NCBI RefSeq assembly: GCF_006345805.1
Contig: NC_042998.1
Span: 18,104,001 to 18,168,000, forward strand
DNA length: 64,000 bases
Source of the DNA: Octopus sinensis
Lineage: Eukaryota
Direction: 5' to 3'
Shown: positions 51,735 through 64,000 of the stretch, piece after piece
How the letters are laid out: every line of letters starts with the position of its first letter
How positions within the stretch are numbered: position 1 is the stretch's first letter
Made by a program: the position numbers and the translations under genes
Notes under the pieces: model-generated
Database searches by the model: none
Told to the model about the DNA's origin: nothing
What the model saw: only the letters and a program-made list of their open reading frames with translations

Positions 51735-52797
51735 TATGCTGCCATAATCTTTGCCTTCAGATCATCTTTGATGTTACAAGGAGTTTTGTTGGTCTCTTGC
51801 TCAACTGCACCCCACACATAATAATCAAGGAGTGTGGCGGTGCAGTCTTGGGAGTAAGATGACCAGATCTAAGAGTGCTGTGGTCGCTGAAATTGTTTGA
51901 CAACTATGACTGGGTTCTCCAGCTTCTGTGGCTTGGTTCAGAGTCCTGTTGCCATTATAGGGTTTTCCAGCAGCCACCCTCTTGTGTCCGAGCAGCACTA
52001 CCACCTCCAGGCACTTGATGTAGGCTTCTGCGTAGAGCCTGAGGCCATGTGGGAAGATGTATGGAAGCATAACGTCGCTATCACTATGATGTTGACTGAT
52101 GTTTAATTTTTATCGCTATCGGTACATGTTTTGGGGACACGGTAGGCCAACGGTTTGTTCTGTGTGTTCATCAGCTGATCCTGACAAAATCTTTTCGCGT
52201 CTGAGAAAAACCAAAATATGTTCGCTTGGAGGTGCAGCTTGAGTTTGTTCAAAAGCTTTGTAGCGCGGTCTTTCCTCCTGTCCTTGGTGGCTTAAGATAA
52301 ACATTTTTCCTTTCTCATCTCGTAGGAGGGATGTCTTCATGCATCGCCTGCTTGATAAGAAACTCAGACACTCCTGAGTCCCTGTCGATGGACCTGATTG
52401 ACTTGGAGGGATTGTTGTCAGTCATGTCCTGGATCTCACCAACAAATTCAGGTGTTCTTTTCTTATCAGAACCATCGGAATGAGTTTTCCGAGTAGCTAT
52501 ACCTTCGTAATCACCATTAGTCTCATCCAACTCATTTCGAATCCTCTGCACTGTCCTCAGATTGACACCCAAACATTTTGAAATGTTCGTATTGGATCTT
52601 CTGGCCTGAAAGCCAAGCAGTACAGCATATCATTTGCAAATTTCTAGCGAGGTGAATTACGTCATGGTGCTGTTTTTCTCACAGACGGTGTCAAACTGAC
52701 CCTAATATATAGTGTAGTCGACAAATTCAAAACAAACAATGCGCATGCGCGAAATTGATAATATAAGATGGCAACAATTTACCCATCGTATGTTGTA
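51735..52797 (-). mobile_element. Tc1/mariner maT-like transposon, 3'-truncated pseudogene
   Basis: From 52665: GVNLRTVQRIR...RTPEFVGEIQ, FLSDEKxF region, MLPYIFPHGLRL, DYYVWGAVEQETNKTPCNIKDDLKAKIMA. Confidence 0.88.
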
Positions 52798-53577
52798 TAC
52801 CAGCACACAATATTTTGCTCTAGGTTTCTTGTTAAATAGCATCATGTTTAAATGTTTAGTCGATCATACTGCCCTTAATATTCATCCTTCTGTACTGTTA
52901 CTTATTAAAGATATATGTCATGTATGTACTATAGCTACTGTTTAATTGGTGATTTATATAGTAATTTATTGTTAAATATTGTTAAATCGATAGTTAAATG
53001 TATTGTTAAATAGATCTTTTATACTATGAGATGAGAATACTTTACAGGAAATTTATCTCTAAATCTTCGAGAAGTTTTTGATAAATATTTAATCTGGAAC
53101 CCATAGATTTCACTAACACCTCATCCTGAAAGAAAAATGTGCATAAATAAATTAAAAAATGAACGCAGGCTTGTAACGAAAGGCCTTTAAAGATCACTAA
53201 TTAGTCCTTCTCTGCACTCATGTAGATTATATTGTCAAAGATATGGTAAGTGGATTGGCATTTAGCAAACAAAATTTGTTTGAGCGGACACGACGTATTC
53301 GATTAGCAATGTTAGTAAAGTGTAGTAAAACAGAACAAAAAAAGATTGATTTGCTGTCGCATTTGGACGTGAAACGTGATGTGCGATCACGAGTACGAGT
53401 AAGCGAAACTCATTTACATGCATTTCGGTTAATGCCTACTATCAATGCTGACGAGCTTTGTAGCTTAGGTCATTTATCTTACCTGGTTATTGAAGCTCAC
53501 TGCATTAGGTAGAAACACATAGCACAGTGATAGTGGCATAATTCAAAGCAGTGCTAATGAATTTAAATTAAATGTAA

Positions 53578-53744
53578 CAGGAGTGGCTGTGTGCTAAGTA
53601 GCTTGCTAACCAACCACATGGTCCCGGGTTCAGTCCCACTGCGTGGCATCTTGGGCAAGTGTCTTCTGCTATAGCCTCGGCCCGACCAATGCCTTGTGAG
53701 TGGATTTGGTAGAGGGAAACTGAAAGAAGCCTGTCGTATATATG

Positions 53745-53775
<31 letters not shown>

Positions 53776-53972
53776 TTGTCCCCCTAGCATTGCTTGACAA
53801 CCGATGCTGATGCGTTTACGTCCCCGTCACTTAGCGGTTCGGCAAAAGAGACCGATATAATAAGTACTGGGCTTACAAAGAATAAGTTCCGGGGTCGATT
53901 TACTCGACTGAAGGCGGTGCTCCAGCATGGCCGCAGTCAAATGACTGAAACAAGTAAAAGAGAGTAAAAGAG
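53578..53972 (+). mobile_element. SINE family B flanked by a 134-bp direct duplication
   Basis: 53444-53577 and 53973-54106 are 129/134 identical. Confidence 0.92.
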
Positions 53973-55506
53973 AATGCTGTCGAGCTTTGTAGCTTAGGTC
54001 ATTTATCTTCCCTGGTTATTGAAGCTCACTGCATTTGGTAGAGACACATAGCACAGTGAGAGTGGCATAATTCAAAGCAGTGCTAATGAATTTAAATTAA
54101 ATGTAAACATTCAATATCGGTAACCTATTACTGAATCTCTTGTTTGTAGTCCCTGCAGATTCATGTTTAAAGATCCACATATAATAAAAGACCGAAGAAG
54201 GCAGTAGCAAACCGCAATGTTTCCATAAAGCAATCCAATAGCTGCTAATCTCTTTATTTTTATGATTAGCTTTTCGGTATGAAGTTCCATTTTTAATCAT
54301 GTTGTGTGCCCATATCGTTTCTTATGAACTAAACTGGGTGAGCGTAGCCTTTACACGTGGATCACTCCTCCATAAATTATATTCTAATATCAAATGTAGG
54401 CGTCTCATATCAGAAGCAGTTGTATCAGATTGAATACATACCTATTTACTGGTTTTAGTTTAGAACTTGAGCAATAAACAGGCAGTTTACAAAATCCCAA
54501 GATGAGTTGGGGAGAAATTTCATTAGAAACAATATCTCATATTCAATCCTTAGACCAAATATTCAGTGTGAACGCATGCTATACAGTGGGTTCCCAAAGA
54601 AAAATTAGGAGGCACTGGTGGTATACCAATCAACCACTCAAGTAAAGATACAGTTTATCCACAAAATATCTGTCGATTCATCCAATGTTACAACACATTT
54701 TAGAATAGGTATAATACACCAGTCTCCACAAAATCACCAACAAATCTCATTAAACTGGCAGTTTTGTACAGTATGGCTATCGAGATGACCATTTATGTGG
54801 AGTACTCTTGTGAAGTATAAAAAAACGTATTATTTATCGGATAGTTTCATTCCCACAAATCACAATAAAGGCACGTTTAGGTTATTAGGGCCAGATACTG
54901 CTAAGTACGAGAATAAGGTTAGTTCGAAGAAAATATGCTGTCTGAGAAATCAGTTCTAACGATTAACAGATTAAAGTTAGCCCATGAAATGAAATTTTCA
55001 CCTAAACATAAAATGGTGAATGTTAATTTGGACGACTAATCGGAACTTAGACTGGGGTATCGGGCAAAATAATGTTTCTGATCTTGTGTTCTATTTATGA
55101 AAAGTGTACCGGTTGTTCACTTGCAGCTGTCTTTCTTTCTAGCTGCCTTTTTTTGTTTTCTGAAAGCATGTTCAGCGGTAATTATGTTTTCTACTTTTAA
55201 ATCCCAATTTCCTAATACTGATCCAATGTGAACCACAGCCATTACTAAACTACCGGTTGCAAAAAGCATCCAGTTTGTTTTAATTTAAAAGCTTTGCGGG
55301 TAATGCTGTGATTTACCATTGATACAATACAAATATCCGTTCGCACATTTTTTTAGTATTATGAATTCTCTGGGTATTTAACAATTCTGCTTCTATCCTG
55401 TTTAAAAATTATCATTATTATTATTATTATTATTATTATAGAAAACGGTGATATTTATACTTAAAAACTATAATATCGCTATTGTTCTTACATTATGCAA
55501 CACATT

Positions 55507-55566
<60 letters not shown>

Positions 55567-56463
55567 ATTCACTCTCTCTCTTTAATTAAACAAGCTTGGA
55601 ATATTTCCTTAATCCCTGAATATACTCTTTCATTAGCGTCGCATAATGCCAGGATCTTTTTGGGAGCGCACTTCTTATGCTAGATGTTAGTAGGCACTAC
55701 TGACATCTAACATAAAATTAATCTGCTCTCTGTGCATTGTAAAATCGTAACTTATTCAAATCTCCTCTCTAGCATTCATCATTGCATTGCGATTCGTAGC
55801 TATGATGCCATCTCTTTTGTATCTACTACACTTAATTGGTTCCTTCGTTTACACAAACTGTTCTTCTTCACTTTTACCTACTTAGCAATTTCTGTAGAAT
55901 TGGTATTATCTAATATGTTAAGGCATCTGTCGATCCAGGATTTTCTAAATATTTCAATTTACCAGGCGAGATTCATATAGTTATAATTCGTTATTATATA
56001 TTTTTTATGTTTATTAAAATGTCTCACTGTGCTTAAGTTCTGTTTACCGAGCAGTCATCTGACACAGACACACACACACACACATATACACTCTCACACC
56101 TTCACACAAATACACACACACTCACACAATATTAATTTATCTTATCGCACAGCAACGGAGGTATTTGAAGAATAGCAAAGAATATGTGAAGACATTATAG
56201 TTTCACTATTCTCAACAAAAGATACTTTATTAACGACCTTCTTTATTTACCTTCAACTGATCACAGAATAAAATAGAAGTCTAGATTGGTAGACATGTGT
56301 CAATACATGTAAATTATTTAAATATTTTAAGTTAAAGACAGTCAGGAAGAAGATAAGCTTTAAATCTAAGCACAGAGCTTTTACGTATTACCACTGTCTG
56401 CTCCTGTTTATGTATAACTACACCTTTTTAGTCTGATAAAATTGTTCACTCAACATTATTATT

Positions 56464-56684
56464 CTTTTCTACTCTAGGTACAAGGCGGGAAATTTTGTGG
56501 ACAGACAAACGGATTAAGTCGATTACATCTACCCCAGCACGCAACTGGTACTTAATTTATCGACCCCGAAAAAATGAAAGGCAAAGTCGACCTCGGCGGA
56601 ATTTGAACTCAGAACGTAGCGGCAGACGAAATACCGGTAAGCATTTCGTCTGGGGTGCTAATGTGTCTGCCAGCTCGCCGCCTT
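56464..56684 (-). mobile_element. SINE family A-related variant with a 16-bp TSD
   Basis: TSD actcaacattattatt at 56448-56463 and 56685-56700. Confidence 0.88.
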
Positions 56685-58426
56685 ACTCAACATTATTATT
56701 ATTATGTAGCTCTCAATTTCTTGACCTGAATATATTGACCTCATTAGTGTATAGAAGAACTTCTAATCTAATTGCATTTGCTGTAATGCACATTTAGTTG
56801 TCCAATTGGAATAGTTAGCCACTTACGTCTTTTTTTTAATTTCAAAATGATGGCGTGTTAGAGTCGGATAAAATACCTCGGCGAATCTTAGCAAGGTTAA
56901 CTCACCCTTTTGTCCTTCTGAGATCGATAAAATAAAGTATAAAACTCTTTTTGAAGTTTACTTAATCGACATATACTTCTTCCTTAAGTCTCTGTCATTG
57001 TACCTATTTAAAAATTCTGATGGCATATGTATAAAATCTGTAATTAATGGAAAATATTCTTTTGCCACCGATGCGATATTTCTTTGGTAATTTTGTTTAC
57101 GGGGATTATATCCAACCCTTTTTCATAGATTTATTTATCTACCTGTTCCCTTATTATATACCATAATGCATTTACACTTTTTTTTTCATTTCTACTTATT
57201 TTCAAATTATAACAGAAATAACATTGATTTCGTGTATTTCTGTATACAGGCAATTGTTTTTAAAAAGAAACCATCTTCAGTGTTTTTTGTATGTACGATT
57301 CGCTGGTTAAGGGATGTATTGTATGTCCGATCTCCTAAAGGATGTCCTAACAGCATTTAATACATTTCTCTTAGCATCTTTTGTTCCCACTTCAGACAAG
57401 TTATATGGATCTGGATATTTTCTTTAATATCTGTTTTCTTCATTACCTCCATTCAGCTATTCTAATTTTGGTTTATAGGAGAACTGCGTCGTACAATGAA
57501 ACTTCTTCAGGTCTGTTTACTCCTTCCTTGCTTCTTTATCTGATGTTACATCTATAGATAATTTCCTTTTATTGCATTGATATTTCAAAGTAAATTATAG
57601 ACAACTTCCCGCTCATCCTTGCTAAAATTCTTGAATATTTTCTTTTCAAGGCCGAGGAATAAACTTCAGGTTTCTGCAATGACCTCATGTTTACAAGAGA
57701 GTAACAATAGTATGTTGTTGTGCTTTATTGTTTTATTCTGGTTAATGTATTTCTCACTGCATATTTCTAACGAGCATATATATTTTTTGAACCTCTATGT
57801 AAATAAAATAAAATTTACCTGTATGTAAATAGAAAAAAGTTACGTACCTGCACGTAAATAAAATAAAAATTTAAGGAATAAAAACTCAAGGAATAAACAT
57901 TTAAGGAAAAAAACATTTATTTTACTTTTTATTCCTTAAACTTTTACACCTTAACTTTTTAATATTCAGTTATTATTTTTATCTATTATTTGTATTTCTA
58001 TTCATGTGTACATGTTAAGTAAGGTTATATTGAAGATATAGAGTATCATGGAAGGATATACGAGATAGGGGTAGTGAAAAAGTTTGAGGAATCCAGACCT
58101 GAAGATTGGGTGTATGTCGAACCGAGTAAGTATTGAAACTAGATACCTCGTATCTAATCAATACCGACGCATTTTTCATGAAACACATGTAGTCTTATAA
58201 ACGGAAAAAAGGATTCAGAATAGATATAGTTAGTATAAGATTTAATATTTATCATTTTATGGAGTGGTTGGGTATAAAACCTTTCAGTGTTGATTGAGTT
58301 GAAGGTGGTTCTGTCTCTAAAATTACTTTATATATATACGAATTAAACATTGAGAGATATTCATTTTAGTACATCTAATTTGAATGTCTTTTCCGTGTGT
58401 AATTGGAAGTAATATTCCCTAATAAT

Positions 58427-58479
<53 letters not shown>

Positions 58480-58565
58480 AGATCAGGGAATTATTTCACT
58501 TGCAATTCTATAAGTTTTCAACAGCGATTTAGCACCGAGAGCTAGCAGAGCCCAGCTACTCCTAA

Positions 58566-58600
58566 CTGATGAAGAGCAACTACCCTGAAACTAGTCTCTG
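58566..58600 (+). ncRNA. Degenerate minimal HHR-like motif
   Basis: CTGATGA-AGAG-caactac-CCT-GAAAC-TA-GTC with palindromic ACTAGT; stem I is poor. Confidence 0.35.
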
Positions 58601-58786
58601 AATGCTGGCGTGGTTGAGTGGAGGCGCTTATCTCCCTCCCGAGTTTGAAGTCGTAAGAACACAGAACGCTTGTGTTACGTAGCCAACTAGAAACGGTGTT
58701 TCTTGGGGCTAAATATCAGTAGCATGCTTCTCTTTCCTGGGATTACCACATTAATTTGGCAAGAAACCATTACTTTATGTATATAT

Positions 58787-58833
<47 letters not shown>

Positions 58834-59415
58834 ACACACATACACATATTTGTATACGTCTTAGTACAGACACATACATTTGCGCATGTATTGTATACAT
58901 ATGTGTCTACAATGCCAGTAATGTTGCAGAGATTTTATATGAAACGTACACTGAAATAGTATCATATTCTCCCCACATACATTAATCTTATATACAAAAT
59001 GTGATAAATAAAGTTAATATGTTATCTGTTAAACAGGCGGCCACCTGTTAGAATCGTTAACACTACAGCCAAAATATTTAACGGCATTTCGTCTCTCTCA
59101 GTTTAAACTACGTTCTGAATTCATATTCCTCCAAAATAGACTTTACATTTTATCCTTCGTGGTTGATAAAATAAATACCAGTTGAGCCCTGAAGTCGATG
59201 TAATCAGCTTTTTCACGCCTCGAATGTGCTACACGTGTGCAAAAATTCGTAACAAATATGTTATTGTTTTCAAAGTTCTGCTTAAAGAAATTGGAGAGGA
59301 GGTTACTTCGCTTAGGGAAAATATCAGTTTCTAAAGCATATCTTTGATACAATTCGAAGATAAGATTTAAATTTTATGAAAAGTTTCTGAATTTTGTAAT
59401 AGTCTTAATTTTCAG

Positions 59416-59762
59416 ATATAATGTTTCCATTAAATGCAACTTGGAATAATTTCTTGAATATGTCATTCATCGATAAACACTTAGTTTATAAGGATACTGG
59501 AAACGAAATTTTTGGAAACCTAAACTTTGTAAAGTTATTGAGATTTCTATCAAATACTATTGAGAGATTAAATTTCTCTCATAATGCTAACATTCATATA
59601 TTTTCTCAAACGAAAGAAAGATACTATCAACATGAATTAATTCCTCATTTTAATATAATTTACTATAGAGAAGGAGTATTCTACATCATGGAATATGTAC
59701 TGGAGTCCCACTATCCACTATATCAGTTCACTCACTGCTTCTTTACAAAAATACCACTGTAA
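59416..59762 (+). CDS. Candidate exon encoding an LRR-like segment (copy 1)
   Basis: ttaattttcag acceptor and a 113-aa open frame in AT-rich non-repeat DNA. TIERLNFSHN fits LxxLxLxxN. Donor not defined. Confidence 0.35.
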
Positions 59763-60943
59763 CTCTATCAATTATTAACTGCGGCGAAAAATGACCTTAT
59801 TTAGGGAGAAAGAATCTAGTTGATATGATTAATCCCATTGATATGTAAGAATTAGTGTGTATTAAAATTTTGTTTAATATCAGCCTACAGTTGCATGTTT
59901 GTATTTGCTTGAACAGACACACACTTCGTACACTTTGAAAATGCTTTTAATGTCTCATTATATTTTAAGCAATCTACAATTTCTTTTATTTCTGCATTAA
60001 TTTTTTTTTTTTTTGTTTTATTTTCTGTTTAACTTAATACGAGATTCGGCAGTTTTCTAGTGAATAATTTTAAATGTTGCCACTTAAGTCGCAAAACTAC
60101 TTTTGTTAATCATAGTTTTAGATAAGTAGTTTTGTAGTAGTGAATTGAAATATTGAAATTTGAAGAGAAAACAAAAGAGAAAAACGAAAGATTAAAAAAA
60201 AAAAAGTGAAAATAAAGAAATAACTACATTAATTACTATTTAATGCGAATTCTTCTTTGCCATTATATTTCACATCAGTTTAGTGATTCGATTATATGTC
60301 TACAATGTATTGTGATGTGTGTTCCGCATGTGCATCAATTTGCTTTCGTAGTTATTGATTCTTGATTCAGAAAGCATCAGGCCGTCTAATTGATGCGTAA
60401 TGAGTGATTTCAGTGCATACATTAATCATTGGCTAAAAAATAATATTATGCAGAAAATTAAACAAAAACATCACTGAAAACCTGCTTCGGTGTTAACTGC
60501 ATTATAATCGTCAAAGTTCAATTAGTACAGATACAGCTTGTTTGGGATGCGTTTTATAAAGCGCATTGAATTCGATCATATTAATTGCATAACTGGGAAA
60601 GCGAGTCTTTAATTGCAGGGAAAATAAGTGCATTTAATACTCTTTCCTACTATATAATATTTCATGTTTAATATAGTTTCTGTATAACTATATGTGTTCT
60701 AATATATTTAGTGTCCAGTTCTCAACATTAAGTATGGATATTACGTTTATTTTCCGCTGTTGATAACCTTCGTGAATCTTCAAGAAAATATTGCTTAAAT
60801 ACACGAAGCAATAAGTTACGTCTAAATCTTAAAGAATGGGTCTCTTCATATACAAATATATGTAGGTAATAACGCGAACATTTGAAGATAAGATTTAAAT
60901 TTTATGAAAATTTTCTGAATTTTGTAATAGTTTTAATTTTCAG

Positions 60944-61338
60944 ATATAATGTTTCCATTAAATGCAACTTGGAATAATTTATTGAATATGTCATTCATCG
61001 ATAAACACTTAGTTTATAAGGATACTGGAAGCGAAATTCTTGGAAACGTAAACTTTGTAAAGTTATTGAGATTTCTATCAAATAATATTGAGAGATTAAA
61101 TTTCTCTCATAGTGCTAACATTCATATATTTCCTCAAACGAAAGAAAGATACTATCAACATGAATTAATTCCTCGTTTTAATATAATTTACTATAGAGAA
61201 GCAGTATTCTACATCATAATACGAAGTGGATATAATGGATTAAAGAGATTAAGCGTATCGTATAGAATTAGCCAGCAACTAAAATTTAGGTTTTACTATA
61301 ATTTAATAAAGAATAATACAATTGGGAAAACCGGTTGA
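60944..61338 (+). CDS. Candidate exon encoding an LRR-like segment (copy 2)
   Basis: Duplicate 1528 bp downstream; the frame is open in both copies. Confidence 0.35.
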
Positions 61339-61814
61339 AATTCATTCGAATGGTGAACTTAGAAAATATGAATTTTTCCTTCTAACTGCTACCCCTATTG
61401 ATCAATCTATGATCTCAAATTTCCTGATATCTATTGAGTTAAAACCTAACGCTGCTTTCACCAAACAACAGAAATTAATAGCCCACGTGTGGCTATGCGG
61501 TAAGAAATTTAATAGCCTTTGGTATTGGTGCGGGTTCAGCTATGTGGTAAAAAATTTGCTTACCTACCACATGTTTCCAACATCGTTCCACTGGCAGTCT
61601 CTGGCAGATCAAAATCTTGTGGTTGTGAATGAATTCGGTAGACGAAAACTGAAAAAAGCCTGTCGTATTCACACACACACAAACACACATTAACATACAC
61701 ACATTTGCTTGTGTTTGACCTCACCACTCTTTGGAAACCGATGTTAGTGTGTTCCCATAAGTTAGGGTCTCTGCAAATTGGATGAAAGGATAGATGTCAG
61801 GCTTAAAAAGTAAA

Positions 61815-62176
61815 GAAATAGGTATTTCGTCTGTCTACATTCTGAGCTCAAACTCCGACGAGGTCGACTTTGCCTTTCATCCTTTCGGGGTCGATTAAAT
61901 AAGCACCAGTATCGAGGCTCCGGCAGGTGGTGGTAGTGAACCCTGCTGTGCTCTTTTCCCACAACTTTCTCTCACTCTTACTTCCTGTTTCTGTTGTACC
62001 TGTATTTCAAATGACCAGCCTTGTCACACACTGTGTCACACTGAATCTCCCCAAGAATTAGGTTAAGGGTACGTGTGTCTGTGGAGTGCTCAACCACTTG
62101 CACGTTAATTTCACGAGCAGGCTGTTCCGTTGATCGGATCAAGTGGAACACTAGTCGTCGTAACCGACGGAGTACC
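61815..62176 (+). mobile_element. SINE with family A core and a different 3' tail
   Basis: gaaataggtatttcgtc junction, family A core, then ...gttaatttcacgagcaggctgttccgttgatcgg...ccgacggagtacca. Confidence 0.65.
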
Positions 62177-63035
62177 AATCATAGCAATATAATCTTAGTA
62201 TTAATTATGTTGAAAAAAAATACTAAAAGTATATTTGCCTTTGTTAAAGAAGCAATGATATATTTATTGCTAGTAAAACGCCGCCAGAGCGTACAGAAGT
62301 CGAAAACGTACGATTTAAAGAAGACAGCGATGATATGAAATATTGCAAGCAGCTTTTAATAGAATATGAATTCAATATAACAAAAAATGATGAATAAATT
62401 AGGAATGTTAACTGCAAAAAAGGAAATGAAACACGCTGTAAAAAGGAAAAGTGAATCCGCCTACCGAAAAAGATTCAACACAAAAGGCTGTCTGCAATTA
62501 AACAGGCTTAACACAAAATATTACTTTTAAAATAGCAGAAAAAAAAACACTCTTAATGATAGTAAACGCGTAAGAAAAAAAAAAGCAATGAAAAATGTTT
62601 GAATGGCTTATGTCACGCACAAATAACAAATGAAGTTAAGAGATTCGAACGTGCAATGTTTGCCAAGTAGAAATTCAAATGAGAGGGTACTTGTGTTTGT
62701 GCATGCGTATAAACGGTAGTCCAGTCATGAAAACTTAACTCTTGTCTGGACAGTATAAAAGATGTTACTCTATATTATTGTGCATGCATTGCTGCATGTC
62801 CATAATAAACACAGTTTTCAAAATTATATCGAGGATATTACAGATATTTTAAAATACTTTGGTACGTACGTTTCAAAGAGGGAATGCATCCATTAGGCCA
62901 ACCTGCCTCACATAAAACACTGCAAAATATGAAGAAATTGAGGGTAAAATTTCGATATATATGTTGTAGGAGCAATAAGTCGGTCGCTAAGATAAGAATA
63001 TAGATATTATACAGAGGAACAGAAAGAAAGTCAAA

Positions 63036-63070
<35 letters not shown>

Positions 63071-63134
63071 AGAGAGGTACACAAAAATGACCCCTTTCTT
63101 TCATTCCTCCTGCCTTTCCGCTGGTAAATATCAT

Positions 63135-63437
63135 ACTTATTCTATCGGGCTCTTTTGTCGAAACGCTAGGTTGCGGGGACATAAACACACCAGCATCAGT
63201 GGTCAGGTGACGATGAATGGGAACCAACACAGTCACACATACACGCATAAATATATGCATATACATACATATATATATATATATATACGACGACGAGCTT
63301 TACTTTCCGTTTCCGTCTACCAAATGCACTCACAAGACTTTGGTCGGCTCGCGGCTGTTGTAGGAGGCACTTGCCCAATTTGCCACACAGTATGACTGAA
63401 CCCGAAACCATATGGTTGGGAAGAAAGCTTGTTACTC
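63135..63437 (-). mobile_element. Diverged SINE family B
   Basis: Recognisable B head and microsatellite-adjacent body on the minus strand. Confidence 0.75.
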
Positions 63438-64000
63438 TATATGTGCATTTATGTGTGTCTTCGAGTTTCGGTTTGCCAACACTACTACTTGACGGCCGGA
63501 TATGTCCCCGCAACTTTGCGGTCTGGCATAAAAACCTTTAACTTCAGTTCCGATATTAACAGAAAATAAGTACTGAGAGTTGTTAGACTAAGCCTTCCGA
63601 CGAAAAGGTCCACCATAATCTTGATCCAACGACTAAAACAAAAGATAGACATCGATGTAATTTATCTTTCAATAGGAATATACAGTTTCACTTATAGAAT
63701 TATAAAATAATTCATCTTCAGAGATCTTTCATTGTATATTGACTTTTGTCACGCTGCTTTTGTAACAAATTGAATTTCTTTTTTAATTGGTGGTTGTTTA
63801 GAAATACGGTTTGCATAAATTCTGTACGGTTTGTTGATACTGAATAAGAGAGTATCATGTTGGTAGATACATAGGCTTACAACTTTATCAGGATAGACAT
63901 TATTTCTGGTTGCTTTTGTATCTTGGTAAACTAGAATTTCCCTGTATCAAAGCAAATCAGATTGGAGGCACGAAGTAAGATCTGTATTTGGCTAAGCTTA

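Noticed and set aside
53447-53475. CTGACGA-GCT-TTGT-AGC hairpin
   Set aside because: No GAAA follows, and the duplicate copy has CTGTCGA.
55676-55714. 18-bp stem with a 3-nt loop
   Set aside because: Too short and AT-rich to distinguish from background without expression data.

Overview
This is very AT-rich, repeat-saturated eukaryotic DNA, most likely an Octopus genome. That assignment is inferred from the dense (TA)n/(CA)n/(TATG)n microsatellites and the tRNA-derived SINE families I recognise; no database check was run. I see no intact protein-coding gene, rRNA, tRNA or CRISPR array, and most ORFs in the supplied track are microsatellite translations. Supported content: two Penelope-like elements (RT + GIY-YIG), one arranged as a 3.15-kb inverted repeat; many SINEs, several with clear target-site duplications; two copies of a non-autonomous Helitron; mariner and maT-like transposase relics; and R4/Dong-like LINE relics. 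Host-gene material is limited to two pairs of duplicated exon-like segments and weak LRR, TIR and B-box remnants. The most striking unexplained structure is a set of hammerhead-ribozyme (HHR) motifs. They lie in PLE tails, in non-coding tandem units of about 404 and 450 bp (retrozyme-like), and in fold-back palindromes, including a 342-bp element with a complete HHR on each strand. All folds and alignments were done by eye, and some indels may be long-read assembly errors.
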